From: Chiloscyllium plagiosum
Lineage: Eukaryota
NCBI RefSeq assembly: GCF_004010195.1
Contig: NC_057749.1
Span: forward strand, 12,882,846-12,946,845
Reading direction: 5' to 3'
DNA: 64,000 nucleotides
The notes under the pieces are model-generated. The model worked only from the letters and a program-made list of their open reading frames with translations. It had not been told where the DNA came from and searched no databases. How positions within the stretch are numbered: position 1 is the first letter of the stretch; every line of letters begins with the position of its first letter. A program made the position numbers and the translations under genes. Shown piece by piece: positions 13,290-25,387 of this stretch.

Positions 13290-14066
13290 CAGCATTTATT
13301 GTCCAACTCGTATTGCACTAGAGGAGGTGGTGGTGTGCTGCCTTCCTGAACGACTGCAATCCAGTTGCTGTGGGTAAACCCACCATGTTGTTAGGAGTGG
13401 AGTTCCAAGATTTTGACTCAGTGACACTGAATGAATGTCAATATATTTCCAAGTCAGAATAGTAAGTGATTTAGACAGGAACTTGCAAGTGGTGGTATTC
13501 CATATATCTGCTGCTTTGATGTTCTAACTGGTGGTGGTTGTAGATTTGGAAGGTGCTGCCTCAGGAGAATTTCTGCAATGCGTCTTGTAAATGGTACACA
13601 TTACTGACGTCTGAGCATCAGTGGTGAAGGAAGTGAATGTTTGTAGATGTGGTGCCAGTTAAGCAGTCTACTTTGTCCTGGATGGTGCTAAGCTTATCGA
13701 GTGTTGTTGGAGCTCATCCATCCAAGCGGGGAGTATTCCATCACATTTCTGACTTGTGCCTTTGTAAGTGGAAGACAGGCTTTAGGGACTCAGGAAGTGA
13801 GCAACTCATTGCAGAACCTCCAGCCTTTAACCCATTCTTGTAGCCATAACCTTTCTAAATCCAGTCCAGTTTCTGGTCAATGGTAACCTGTAAGATATTG
13901 ATACTGAGGGACTGAACATCGATAATGTCTTTGAATATCAAGGAGTGTTTTGTTAGATTCTCTCTTGTTGGCAATGGCCATTGTTTGTTAATTGTGTGGC
14001 ACATATGTTACCTGTCATTTCTTAGCCCAAGTCAGGATATTTATCTAAGTCTTGCGGTTTTGGACA
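13290..14066 (-). mobile_element. Degraded LINE 3' region, ending at assembly gap (N 14067-14566)
   Basis: Homologous to 47215-47710 and 51550-51720 (ggtccagttgagtttctggtca, gaaggtgctgtctaaggag). Confidence 0.6.
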
Positions 14067-14579
14067 NNNNNNNNNNNNNNNNNNNNNNNNNNNNNNNNNN
14101 NNNNNNNNNNNNNNNNNNNNNNNNNNNNNNNNNNNNNNNNNNNNNNNNNNNNNNNNNNNNNNNNNNNNNNNNNNNNNNNNNNNNNNNNNNNNNNNNNNNN
14201 NNNNNNNNNNNNNNNNNNNNNNNNNNNNNNNNNNNNNNNNNNNNNNNNNNNNNNNNNNNNNNNNNNNNNNNNNNNNNNNNNNNNNNNNNNNNNNNNNNNN
14301 NNNNNNNNNNNNNNNNNNNNNNNNNNNNNNNNNNNNNNNNNNNNNNNNNNNNNNNNNNNNNNNNNNNNNNNNNNNNNNNNNNNNNNNNNNNNNNNNNNNN
14401 NNNNNNNNNNNNNNNNNNNNNNNNNNNNNNNNNNNNNNNNNNNNNNNNNNNNNNNNNNNNNNNNNNNNNNNNNNNNNNNNNNNNNNNNNNNNNNNNNNNN
14501 NNNNNNNNNNNNNNNNNNNNNNNNNNNNNNNNNNNNNNNNNNNNNNNNNNNNNNNNNNNNNNNNNNTCAGAAAATATAG

Positions 14580-14850
14580 ACTTACAATTTTATGCAACCT
14601 TTCAGGTCCTCAGGATATCTGAAAGCACTGACAGCCAGTGATGTACTTTTTGAAGTTTACTCACTGTTGTAGTGTCGGAAACATAGCAGCCAAATAGTGC
14701 ACAGCAAACGTAGCACAAAAAGCAATGTGAAAATCAGCAATGCTTTTGTTTTAGGGATGTTGGTTCACATGAGGGAGAATTCCGCTGCTATTCCTCTTAC
14801 CAAGTGTCTCATCTGGAAGATAGCACTTTCACCAGTGTGGCACTCCCTTA
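14580..14850 (-). mobile_element. SacSINE1/DeuSINE-like SINE fragment
   Basis: gtactttttgaagtttactcactgttgtagtgtcggaaacatagcagccaaatagtgcacagcaa, shared with the 9930 and 12133 copies. Confidence 0.65.
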
Positions 14851-14864
14851 GTACTTGCTGGCAG

Positions 14865-15400
14865 CAGACATCTCAATGCACTGGAGCAATACCACCAACA
14901 CTCTCTGCACAAAGTCCTGCAAATCCACTGGAAGAAAGTTGCACGAACACGAGTACTCAACCAGGGCAACATCCCCAGCATCGAGGCACTGACTACCTTT
15001 GATTGGCTACAACAGGCTAGGCACATCATCCACATGACCATCACGAGACTCCCCAAGCAGGTGCTCTACTCCCGGGTGGACAGAAGAAGCACCTCAGTGA
15101 TACATTGGCGAAGTACTGCATTCCCACAGACACCTGGGAATCCAACACCATCCAAAATGGAGGAGGAGCATCCAAGAAGGTTTCAAGGAGGTGCTGTCAG
15201 GAAAAGAAATGGAAGCCATGCGAAAACAGTGAAAGGAATGCACTGCCACACCAATGCCCCACCCACTCCTTCCTGTGACCACCACCTGTCACAAGTGTAA
15301 CTGAGCCGGTAGTAGCCACATCGGTCCGTATAGCCACCAATGGACTCACTCTGATAGTGGAAGAGAGTCATTGTCGTCAACAAGGGCCTGCCAATGATGG
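14865..15400 (+). mobile_element. RTE-clade LINE 3' fragment
   Basis: Frameshifted peptides resembling EQYHQ..L.KVLQIHW, NIPSIEAL and RLPKQVLYS, typical of the RTE/BovB-like ORF C-terminus. Confidence 0.6.
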
Positions 15401-15756
15401 TGGGTACTTGCTGAAATGCTTGTGACTCTGAAGCAATCATCCAGGCTGTCAAGGAGTGTGAGTTCTCAGTGTCAGCTGTATTGCCGTGGAGAGGTAAGTG
15501 TCAGATCCACCCGTCCCTCAACTAAGCTTCTTGTCAGCACTACCCGCTGCTTCGCCACTTCTGGGCTGTGCCAGAGGACACAGATGAGACGAAGGATTTC
15601 AAAACACAAAATGGGAGAGGCTAAAGCTCAATTTAACACTCAAGATCCATTTCCCTAATTTCTCAATAACCAATCATTGGAAGAATTAATTTCCCTTTAA
15701 GGTAAAGGCACAAATAAATACATTATAATTTAAGACTCTGATGAAATCTAGTTTCA

Positions 15757-16392
15757 ATATAGGAGAAAGTGAGGACGGCAGATGCTGGAGATCAGAGTCA
15801 AAACATGTGGTGCTGAAAAAGCACAGTCAGTCAGGCAGTATCCGAGGAGCAAGACAGTTGACATTTCGAGTATAAGTTCTTCATCAGGAATGTGGGTATC
15901 CAAGCAGAGGGTGGAGCGGATAGGTGGGAAGGAAGATGGACAGGTTGGACAGTTCAAGACAGCAGTACCGGGTTGGAGGGTTGGATCTGGGATGAGGTGG
16001 GAGGAGGAGGAGGGGAGATTACGAAACTGGTGAAATTGACATTGATCCCCTGTGGTTGGAGGAGCCCAAGGCAGAAGATGAGGTGTTCTTCCTCCAGGCA
16101 TCTGGGTGCCTAAGATTTGGCAGTGGAAGAGGCCCAGGCCTTGCATGTCCTTGGTGGAGTGGGAGGAAGAGTTGAAGTGTTCGGCCACAGGGTGGTGGGG
16201 TTAATTGGTGCATGTGACCCAGAGATGTTCTCTGAAACCTTCCGCAAGTTGGCGTCCTGTCTCCCCAATGTAGAGGAGACCACATCGAGAACAGTGCACA
16301 CAGTAGATGAGGTGTTTGGATTTGCAGAAAAAGCTCTGCCGAATGTGGAAGGATCCTTTGGGGCCTTGGATGGAGGTGGGGGGAAGGTGTGA
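15757..16392 (-). mobile_element. Penelope-like element 3' part (GIY-YIG endonuclease plus terminal repeat)
   Basis: IQGPKGSFHIRQSFFCKSKHLIYCVHCSRCGLLYIGETGRQLAEGFREHL. The terminal repeat has CTGATGA...GAAA on the minus strand at 15858-15889. Confidence 0.9.
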
Positions 16393-17106
16393 GTGTCTCA
16401 TTGAAGGTTCTAAGCCACAGTATTTATTCTGGTCAATAGAGATGGAGTAATGAGTCCAATAAACATAGATTGCACACATCTTAACAATCTGTGCATCTAC
16501 CTGGAGCCCCTATGTAATACACAACAGCTTCCCACAGTCCGACCCTTTTCTCTGATATAGCAAACCCATATAGTTCCTTCAGCAGGATGTAAATTCAATC
16601 CATTAATTCCCCTTGTTTAATGTAATGAATTATTCACTCCATACATTTTCAGTGGTACACACTGCTTAGTGTGCACAACTCTCTCACAGTGTGATACACT
16701 GCTCCTTATGTAACATATCTAGTGGTTTTCAGTGCAACAAATTCTCAAACAATACTGCTTATCTATACGGCCTATCTGATATAAACCTCGGTTCACTCTG
16801 TACAGCTATTTTGCTTGCCCACTATCAATGACATCTTTCCTTTGAGCAGGACAAGATCATCACAGAGATTATTAATACAATGAATGTCCTTGGACATTTA
16901 GTTGAACAAATAACAGATATATATCAATGGAGCAGGAAAGATAAAATTGAGGTTTAAGGCAGTTTCTTTTCTGTACCTAGCAATTATGAACTGGCACAAA
17001 CTCATTTATGGTGAGGTCCCAACTTGAGAGGACCAACAAAAGTTGATCATACCAATGCGAACCTCAACATTTTTTGAGATCTGCTATAATTGAGTGGTAA
17101 GCTTAC

Positions 17107-18544
17107 CTTTCTGAACATGAATGATATCTGGGAAATTGGACAGTAGGCCTTGGTACAGGGAAAGTGTGTCCAACATATGGAACAGATCATTCTTAGGTTG
17201 TTCTGCAAACAACTCTCCAATGGCTTCATACGTTTTGCCAGTGTTGGAAATGGCCTTGTTCAGAGGGACTGCAAGATGTGGTTGATCCAATTCAAATGCC
17301 TGACTTATTGAATTAAAAGCATTGCCTAATTTCTGAAATTCCTTCCTGAAGCCTCCAACATGTTTGCGGCAGAGGTCTGTGGCCACATTGGTCAGTTGCA
17401 GCACACTGTCATCCATCCTCTTGGAGAAGGTTTTGAACGTGTCCACCCTCTCCTCCACATCCTGAAGATCCTGATGCTCCTGTGGGATTTGGATGGTCAG
17501 GAAAGAATTGGCACCGACTAATTCATCTTTCTCCATTCGTCGTTTTCCCTGTTTCCAGGCCCTGTCATCTGTGCAAGTTAGGAAGTGTTGAAATCCCTCG
17601 TATTGGGATAGCACTGGATGGCTTGTCATGTGGTCCATCCACAGAATCAAGCGTCTCTTGCGTTTCTCAATGAAATCATCTTCAAATCGGCCAGTGGCCT
17701 GCTTCTCTGGCAGATGTGGCACAGAGATGACAGAGAACTTGTGCAGCAGCCTGTTGTGTAGCCAGTCGAAATGTTTGTAGCGACGATAAACAGGGTTGTT
17801 GGTTTGACTAGGCGTCAGCTTGTAGGAGATGTAACTCTTGATGCCTTTAAACTTGGTTTGCTTGGTGGGTTCCTCAATGGTACAGGTAAAGGGGTGAGGG
17901 CTCTCGCTCCACTGAGGCCCATCAGGGCTCATCACCACACCGTAGGTTTCTGAAGTCTTAAAGACAGCAGGTACCTCACCCAGAATGAATGCCTCTCCTC
18001 CAGATCTAACAAAACTTGAGAAACGGTTGAAGTTCTTGCCCACAGCACTGCTTTTAGTGCTAAGCCTGCTGGCAGTGCTGTCCTGCCTCTCCACTGATGG
18101 CTTTTGCCTGTACGTCACGTTGGGATATGGGGAGACTGTATATGGATGGAGATGATTGTGGCCATTGGTGTTACTGGACACACCAGGTTCATCGAACACA
18201 GTGGAAGAGTCATCCCAGTCATCCCAATCATCATCATCATCTTCTTCATAGCTGCCCTGTTGGTAGGAGGAGGCTGAACTGGGGGAGTAAATTGCAGAGT
18301 GATTCCCTGCTGAGTGGTGAGTGAAAGTGGAATTGGAAGTGTATGGTAAGGGTGTGCTGGGCTTGAGAATTTCCACATAAGAAGCTGGAAAGAGCCCTTT
18401 GTCTCCTCGACTGTTCTGGCCTTCCAGCCAACCATCCAAAGACTTCTCGTTAAAAACCAGCAGCTGCTCGTTTTCGTGGATGCTGATCTCCTCGGGGTTC
18501 TCACTCTGGAAGCTGTAAAGAGCTTTGGCTTTGATGGAAGCCAT
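17107..18544 (-). CDS. SNX33: Sorting nexin 33, coding exon 1 (SH3, low-complexity, PX and most of BAR domain)
   Basis: N-terminal SH3 (ALYSFQSENPEEISI...SLDGWLEGQNSRG..GLFPASYVEI), acidic EEDDDDDWDDWDD, PX (RRYKHFDWLHNRLLHKFSVISVPHLPEKQATGRFEDDFIEKRKRRLILWMDHMTSHPVLSQYEGFQHFL) and BAR. Ends ...HVQK G|GTAAGC, a phase-1 donor, consistent with the two-exon SNX33/SNX18 structure. Residues are closer to SNX33 than SNX18. Exon 2 was not found in the window. Confidence 0.93.
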
Positions 18545-19110
18545 GGTCCAAGGATGGGGAAGGGGGCTGCAGCAGTATCTCCTCGGGGATCTGGCAGCTG
18601 GAGGTGGGTGCGGACTATCGCTTCAACTGACTCCTCTCCAGCTCGGCTTTCTCCAGCCGGGAAAAGGACGGCGGGCGGCTAGTTCGCAGCTCCTACCGAC
18701 TCCCTTGCTCCGAGTACATTGTTCAGCTCGGTAATTTGTTCCTTGCGTCCAAGTCCCAGCTGTAAGCTGTGTCCCGGGAGTCTGTGACCTCTCAAGCGAT
18801 GGCTGCGGCCAAACTCCTCTTTGTTATGATGAGCTCCCGTACTTTGACGCGCAGCAAAAGTTTTGCAGCTTGCAAAAGAAGTTCGCGACTGCCCTCTAGG
18901 TATTGGATATTGGACACTCCAAGGAAACACATCCCATTGATCCTTCTTAAGCGCCTGGGTTCAAGGCAGGCACTGACTGCTACGGTTGGGTCCGGTCAAC
19001 ACCCCCTCCCTCCGTCCATGGTAACTAACCAACCAGTGTAAGGGTTTTGTGGGTTATTTGACCATTGGGCTCCGGCCAAATTAGAGCACGGGGACACGAG
19101 GAGGCCAGTC
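18545..19110 (-). promoter_or_regulatory. SNX33: SNX33 5' UTR / CpG-enriched promoter region
   Basis: Local rise in GC and CpG directly upstream of the ATG, with no recognisable repeat. Confidence 0.55.
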
Positions 19111-19275
19111 AGCTCTTCAACTTTGTGCACTATGATCATGGTTGACATGGGGGGGTGGGGAGAACAGGGAACAGGGGATAGAAAAAGACTCTGGAATTTA
19201 GCGCATTTTATCTTTCCAAATAACGTGCAGAGAATTTATGCAAACAAACACAGAGTGTACTGGAGAGCACAGCGA

Positions 19276-19827
19276 GTGTTTGAAACGTTAAAATGAAACA
19301 AGTGACTGCGGATGTTGGAAATCTGAAACAAAAAATAGAAATTGCTGGAGAAACTCAACAAGTATGGCTGCATCTGTTACACTCTCTACACGTGCTGCCT
19401 GACTAAGTTTCTCGGCAATTTAACATAGAACATAGAAGAGTACAGCACAGAACAGACCCTTCATCCCACGATGTTGTGCTGACCATTGATCCTCATGTAT
19501 GCACCCTCAAATTTCTGTGACCATATGCATGTCCAGTAGTCTCTTAAATGTCCCTAATGACCTTGCTTCCACAACTGCTGCTGGCAACGCATTCCATGTT
19601 CTCACAACTCTCTGTGTAAAGAACCCGCCTCTGACATCCCCTCTATACTTTCCTCCAACCAGCTTAAAACTATGACTCCTCGTGTTAGCCATTTCTGCCC
19701 TGAGAAATAGTCTCTGGCTATCAACTCTATCTATGCCTCTCATTATCTTGTATACCTCAAAACCTTCTATTTTTGTTTCAGATTTCCAACGTCTGCAGTC
19801 ATTTATTTCATTTTAATGTTTCAAACA
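19276..19827. mobile_element. Fold-back element interrupted by a CR1 3' fragment (19421-19760, minus)
   Basis: 19276-19340 is the near reverse complement of 19765-19827. The insert encodes TRSHSFKLVGGKYRGDVRGGFFTQRVVRTWNALP on the minus strand with an (aacatag) tail. Confidence 0.8.
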
Positions 19828-20083
19828 ATAACAGGAATTGCTGGAGAAACCGCCGAGATTCTTTATCATTATTTCAGTCATTTTAGTGCTGTATGGGCAA
19901 TTATATCACCTCCATCAAACTATACCTTATATCATGGAACTGGTGTCAAAGTATAGACAAGGCGTGTGAGAATAAAAATATTCACTGTCCCTATTTCTGG
20001 CAGAAGCAGCGACATTCCAGTGAAAATAAAAACGAGCATCTCTGGCCTGACCTTTTCATCATACTGGGCCATCCAATCATATC

Positions 20084-20231
20084 TGAGAAAGTGAGGACTG
20101 CAGATGCTGGAGATCAGAGTCCAGAGTGTGGTGCTGGAAAAGCACAGCAGGTCAGGCAGCATCCGAGGGGCAGATGAACAGCTTATGCCTGAAACATTGA
20201 TTCTCCTGCCCTCGGATGCTGCCTGACCTGC
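20084..20231. mobile_element. Penelope-terminus-derived fold-back element
   Basis: gcaggtcaggcagcatccgagggg pairs with ccctcggatgctgcctgacctgc. The loop has a decayed cagatga...gaaacatt motif. Confidence 0.75.
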
Positions 20232-20376
20232 ACACCATCCAATTATATCCAAGTACATTCCAAATGATCTTCACTACATAAAAGTGACTGCTTCAAACCT
20301 AGTCTCAATGAAGTTCTACACTGTCAAACTTGCTCACAGACATTGCAGCTATCTTTAAAAAACAATTAAACTTGTG

Positions 20377-20423
20377 ATCGCTTCTCAGCCTTTTGGCTAA
20401 GATCAAGTGTCTGTTCTTATCAG
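20377..20423 (+). pseudogene. RNU2: U2 snRNA 5' fragment (about nt 1-52, 5-nt deletion) forming the head of a Tx1 element
   Basis: ATCGCTTCTCAGCCTTTTGGCTAAGATCAAGTGT-----CTGTTCTTATCAG versus U2 ATCGCTTCTCGGCCTTTTGGCTAAGATCAAGTGTAGTATCTGTTCTTATCAG. Begins exactly at U2 +1. Confidence 0.93.
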
Positions 20424-20581
20424 GACGGGGGTCGAGTTGCGAGTCATCAGAGCTAGTGGAGATCATCGCTGGATCGTGATTGGATGTTGGAGGATCGTTT
20501 GGTTGTGCTGACCTGCTATTGGTGGATCTTCATGCTGGCTTCGGCCTAACGCAAATTCAGGGACCAGCCAACCTCCGAGCT

Positions 20582-22012
20582 ATGGCCTTAACAGCTGCCT
20601 GCACCCCGGGCCAGGGGGTTCGAAACACAGTCCGGGTGACTGTCAAGAAGGTGGAGGAGCGTACACCGGTTGATCGGACGGTGTTCGTCAAGAAGATTTT
20701 GCTCGAGTGCTGTGGGTTCACTGTAGCAGGATTTCCCTGGGGCAGGCTACTTTGACGTCACCTTCAGGAGCGTGAAGCAATGTGAGCAACTACTGAAGGT
20801 CTTCAACGAAAAGGAAGGGGAGCCGCTGTTCTCCATCTTGTCGGCGGTCCCGTTGTCTGTGCTTCCTGCACAGAGGAGTCGGGTTGTTACGATCCACACG
20901 TACAACCCCTATGTTCCAGCAACCGATGTCCTGACGTTCCTGAGAAGATATGTGCAGGTTGAGGGAGAAAGCACCGACGTGGTTGACCCTTTCGGGATCT
21001 GGACCAGCAAACAACAGGTCAAGGTAACCCTGAGGGTTGATGCCAGTGGGAACACCCTCCACCCACCCTCCAGCTTTGCTAATGGAGGGAGCAGAGGGTA
21101 CCTGACATATGCAGGGCAGCCGAAAGTGTGCCAAACCTGCGGGAGGTCAGGCCACATGGCGGCGGAATGCAAGGTCACGATCTGTCGGAACTGCAAGAAG
21201 GAGGGCCACTCGACCAAAGAATGCAAGGAGGCCAAGAACTGCAGTCTGTGCGGGAAGGTGGGCCATGTGTACAAGGCCTGCCCAAAACGAGGGGCCGCCA
21301 CCTATGTGCAGATGGCCAGAGGTGGGCCACAAAAGGACAGCAAGGCACCACTAACCAGCAAGGGAACAGTGTCTGTGGGCACGCAAAAGGAAGGACAGGC
21401 CGGAGCGGAGCAGCTGTCAGCTACAGGAGAGGTACAGCGGCCGAGCGAAGCTCCGACAGGACAGATGGAGGAGGAGGAGAAGGGAAAGAAGGAGGCAGAG
21501 GAATGGATCCTGGTACAAAACAGGAGGAAGAAAACCCGCCAAGCCGCCAAAACCTCCCAGAAAAGGGGGAAACGGCAGCTGCACGGGGAATACACGGACA
21601 GCTCCTCAGAGGGTGAGGATGGGCGCAAGGAGGGTCATCACCAAAAGAAGAGACAGAGCGCTGTGTGAGAAAGGAGGGCAGCACTTGCCAAACAAGGGAC
21701 GAACCTCTTGAGGCAATGGGAAACGACCACCCCCCACCAGGTGAAAGCCAGGAGGGCCCCACCGTCACACAGCTCCAGGTCACTGGATATAGAAGCAGAC
21801 AGCGTGGACCCTGGTCCCGGCCCGATGACACCGGAGCAGGCAAATGGGCCCCAGTGAGGAGCTGGACAGCTACCTCAGCCCCGCGAGGGTCCAGCAGTTC
21901 ATGTTCACCATGGGGATGCAGACAGCTACCCCAGAGGGGCAGGACCAGCGGCAAATGGACACGGGTAACCTCACAACTTGTTAAAAATGGGGATAAGAAT
22001 TGCAAGTATTAA
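20582..22012 (+). pseudogene. Tx1 ORF1 (gag-like, ZCCHC3-like, 3x CCHC), frameshifted
   Basis: MALTAACTPGQGVRNTVRVTV, FDVTFRS, DPFGIWT, RGYLTYAGQPKVCQTCGRSGHMAAEC, CRNCKKEGHSTKEC, CSLCGKVGHVYKACP. Confidence 0.85.
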
Positions 22013-25000
22013 TGTGCGCAGCATAAAATCTGCTGCATGATGTGTTTCAACACTGGCCTTCCTCGCCAACGTCAAAGCCGATGTCCTGTTTCTGCAGGAG
22101 TTTGGGATACCACACCTCAGCAGTTACAGGAGATGGTTGAGCTTGTGGGCCCATGGGCCATCAGTTTGGTCGGGGGGCAACGATAACCGCTCCTCAGGCC
22201 TGGGTATTCTGTTGCGAGGAGGCAACTTCACCATCTCCGAGGTTAAGGAGGTGGTGGGCAGGCACCTCCTTGTCGCTGATATTACATACAGAAATGCTCC
22301 CCTGAGACTGATTAATGTGTACGCCCCAGCGGGTAAAAGTGAACGGTTGGCCGTCCTGCAGCAGCTTCCACTGTTGCTGGCTACGTCCAGGCCAGTCATT
22401 CTGGCCGGAGACTTCAACTGTATCATTGATGCAGATGGACGATCCGGTGGGGGGGGGAGGTTGGGACAGTAAACAGGATCCATGTCCAGAGCCCTGATGG
22501 AAACGGTCAAAGATGCCAAGCTGCACGACGTCTTCAGCATCCCTGCAGACGGAGCGCAGTGTAGATACACCTGGTCACGGGCAGACGGGTTTATCCGCTC
22601 AAGGATAGATTACCTGTTTGTGTCCCGAACGTTCTCGGTCAGAACCACCGACGTCTTCTCTGACCACTGCCTCCTGCTGGCCGACTGTCACCTACAGGAC
22701 GAGCAGCAGGCTGGTAAGGGAACGTGGAAACTGAACACTAAGCTGTTGACCCCGGGAAACATCGAGGAGCTCAAGAGGGACTACGCAGGTTGGAGAACCG
22801 TGAAGCCCCTCTTTGAGTCCCCAGCGGACTGGTGGGAAACAGTAAAAGGGAACATCAAGAGGTTCTTCATCCTCAAAGGTGTTCAGGAGGCGAGAGAGAG
22901 GCGGGGAAAACTGTCCCAGCTCCAGGAAAGTATGCAGAACCTGCTCCTGCTGCAGACCTTGGGGGTCGATGTCACGGAGGACCTCAAGGAGGTGAAGGGC
23001 CAGCAAGCCTCCCTCTTTGCCTCGGAGGCCTCCAAGATAATCTTTCGGTCCAGGATCCGCTCCATGGAGCAGGATGAGACGTGCTCACGTTTCTTCTTCC
23101 AGAAGGTGCACAAAGAGAGCTCTGTGCTCAGCAGCCTGAAGGAAGAAGATGGCTCGATAACGTCATCTCAGGCTGACATCAGGATCAGCAAATCTTTCTA
23201 TGCCAGTCTGTATGACTCGAAGCCAACCAACAGCGCGGCCTCCCAGTCATTCCTGTCCTCTATCACGGAGGTCGGAGATGACAGAACACGGGAGAGGCTG
23301 GACTAGCTGCTATCTCTGGACGAGCTGACCAAGGCCCTCGAGTCCTTCGAAAAGAATAAAACTCCCGGAAGTGACAGCTTACTGGTCGAGATCTATTCTG
23401 CTCTGTGGGACTTGATTGGCCAGGACCTGCTAGAGGTGTATGTCAGTATGCTTCGGGCAGGTACCATGAGTGAATCCATGAGGAAAGGCATCATCACCCT
23501 CTTCTACAAGTGGAAGGGGGAGAGGGAGGAAATTAGAAATTGGAGACCAATCTCACTGTTAAACACAGACTACAAAATCTTGTCAAAGGTCATCGCCAAC
23601 CGGGTCAGGTCTGCTCTGGGATCGGTGATCCACCCTGACCAAACCTGTGCTGTACTGGGCAGGAAGGTCGCCGAGAGTCTCGCACTCCTCAGGGATACGA
23701 TTGCCTACGTGCAGGACAGGGGGGTGGACACCTGCCTCATCAGCCTGGACCAGGAGAAAGCCTTTGACAGGATATCGCATACATATATGAGGGATGTCCT
23801 CTCCAAAATGGGCTTCGGGGAGGGAATCGCTAATTGGATCAGACTGCTCTACACCAACATTGTCAGTGCAGTCTCAATTCATGGGTGGGAATCAGATAGC
23901 TTCCCAGTCAGATCTGGAGTCAGGCAGGGCTGCCCCCTCTCTCCTGCCTTGTTTGTGTGCTGCATAGAGCCATTTGCCGAATCCATCAGGAAGGATGCGG
24001 GCCTGAGAGGGGTGACTATTCCTGGCAGCGGGGGCCTGCAGGTTAAGGCCTCCCTGTACATGGATGACGTCGCCGTTTTCTGCTCGGATCCGCTGTCCGT
24101 GCGCAGACTCATGTGCATCTGTGACCAGTTTGAGCGGGCCTCGGGGGCCAAGGTAAACCGAGGCAAGAGCAAAGCCAAGCTCTTCGGGAACTGGGCCGAC
24201 CAATCCTCTATCACCTTCACCATCAGGACCGACTACCTGAAGGTGCTGGGTATTTGGTTCAGGGAGGCTGGGGCGTGTGCCAAGACCTGGGAGGAGTGGA
24301 TCAGGATGATGAAACAGAAATAGGCAGATGGGAGCAATGGTCGCTCTCCATCGCCGGGAAGAGCCTGATCATCAGGTGTGAGGTACTCTCGGTATTGTTA
24401 TATGTGGCACAGGTCTGGCCTATCCCCAGAACCTGTGCTGCCGCAGTCACCCGGGCCATCTTCCACTTCATGTGGAGATCAAAGATGGAATGGGTCCGAA
24501 GGGACACAATGTACAAAGACCAGAACAATGGGGGAAAAAACACGCCCAATACCATCCTCACCCTGATGGCCACCTTTATGTGTGGCTGCATCAAGCTGTG
24601 CGTGGATCCCCGGTACGCAAACACCAAGTGTCACTACGTACTGAGGTTCTACCTGTCCCTGGTGTTGCGAAGGATGGGCCTGGCCTCGCTGCCGCAGAAC
24701 GCTCCGAGTAGTTGGACCGTTCTGTACCACCTCTCCTTCGTGGAGAAGTTTATGAAGAAAAACACCTTTGACCACAAGTCCATCAGGAAGTGGTCAGCAC
24801 GTAGTGTCCTTGAGACCCTTCGGGAAAAGGAGAGGGCAGATCCTGTCGAGCGATTCCCTGAGCAGACTGTCAAAGCCATTTGGCAGAATGCTTCATCACC
24901 AGAACTTTCCAACAAGCACCAAGACATGGCATAGCTGGTGGTGAGAAGGGCTCTGCCTGTGAGATCCTTTATGTACACCCGGACTCTCTGCTGCCCCGCA

Positions 25001-25387
25001 CGCTGCCCTCGAAGCGGCTGCGGGGGGGACGAGACTGTCACCCACCTCCTTCTGGAATGTGCCTATGCAGAGGAAGTCTGGAGAGGAATGCAGTGGTGTT
25101 TGTCGAGGTTCGTCCCGAGCAGCGCCGTGACGCGGGACTCCATGCTCTACAGCCTGTTCGCCGGGACGCACACTGAGACGAACATCAACTGCGTCTGGAG
25201 GATCATCAACTCGGTGAAGGACGCTCTCTGGGCGGTCCGAAACCTGTTGATCTTCCAGCTGAAGGAGTTGACCCCGACTGAGTGTTGTGGACTGGCACAT
25301 TCCAAGGTCCAGGACTACGTGTTGAGGGACGCGCTGAAGCTTGGGGCAGCTGCCGCCAACGCATGGTGGGGAAAGACCACCGTGTAA
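21987..25387 (+). pseudogene. Tx1 ORF2 (APE endonuclease, reverse transcriptase, zf-RVT), disrupted
   Basis: MGIRIASINVRS, LFLQE, LINVYAP, ILAGDFNC, SRIDY, SDH; WRPISLLNTDYKIL, LDQEKAFD, GVRQGCPLSP, YMDD; CPRSGCGGDETVTHLLLEC; ends WWGKTTV*. Confidence 0.9.

Noticed and set aside
1..17100. SNX33 exon 2 (AFAKVKES...-type BAR C-terminus)
   Set aside because: No matching minus-strand peptide found; it lies outside the window or in a gap.
17084..17106. SNX33 as a single-exon 486-aa ORF ending KLTTQL*
   Set aside because: A GTAAGC donor sits at the expected intron position and the BAR C-terminus is missing. The last residues are intron read-through.
20364..20373. Target site reverse complement (CAAGTTTAAT) resembles U2 nt ~50-58 (CAGTTTAAT)
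   Set aside because: Only 8 AT-rich bases and in the wrong orientation for U2-type targeting; probably chance.
20377..20423. Functional U2 snRNA gene
   Set aside because: Only about 52 nt, branch-point pairing region deleted, no Sm site or 3' half, and it lies inside a TSD.
20772..21668. Host ZCCHC3 gene
   Set aside because: It is ORF1 of a retrotransposon: frameshifted, followed by EN-RT, A-tail and TSD.
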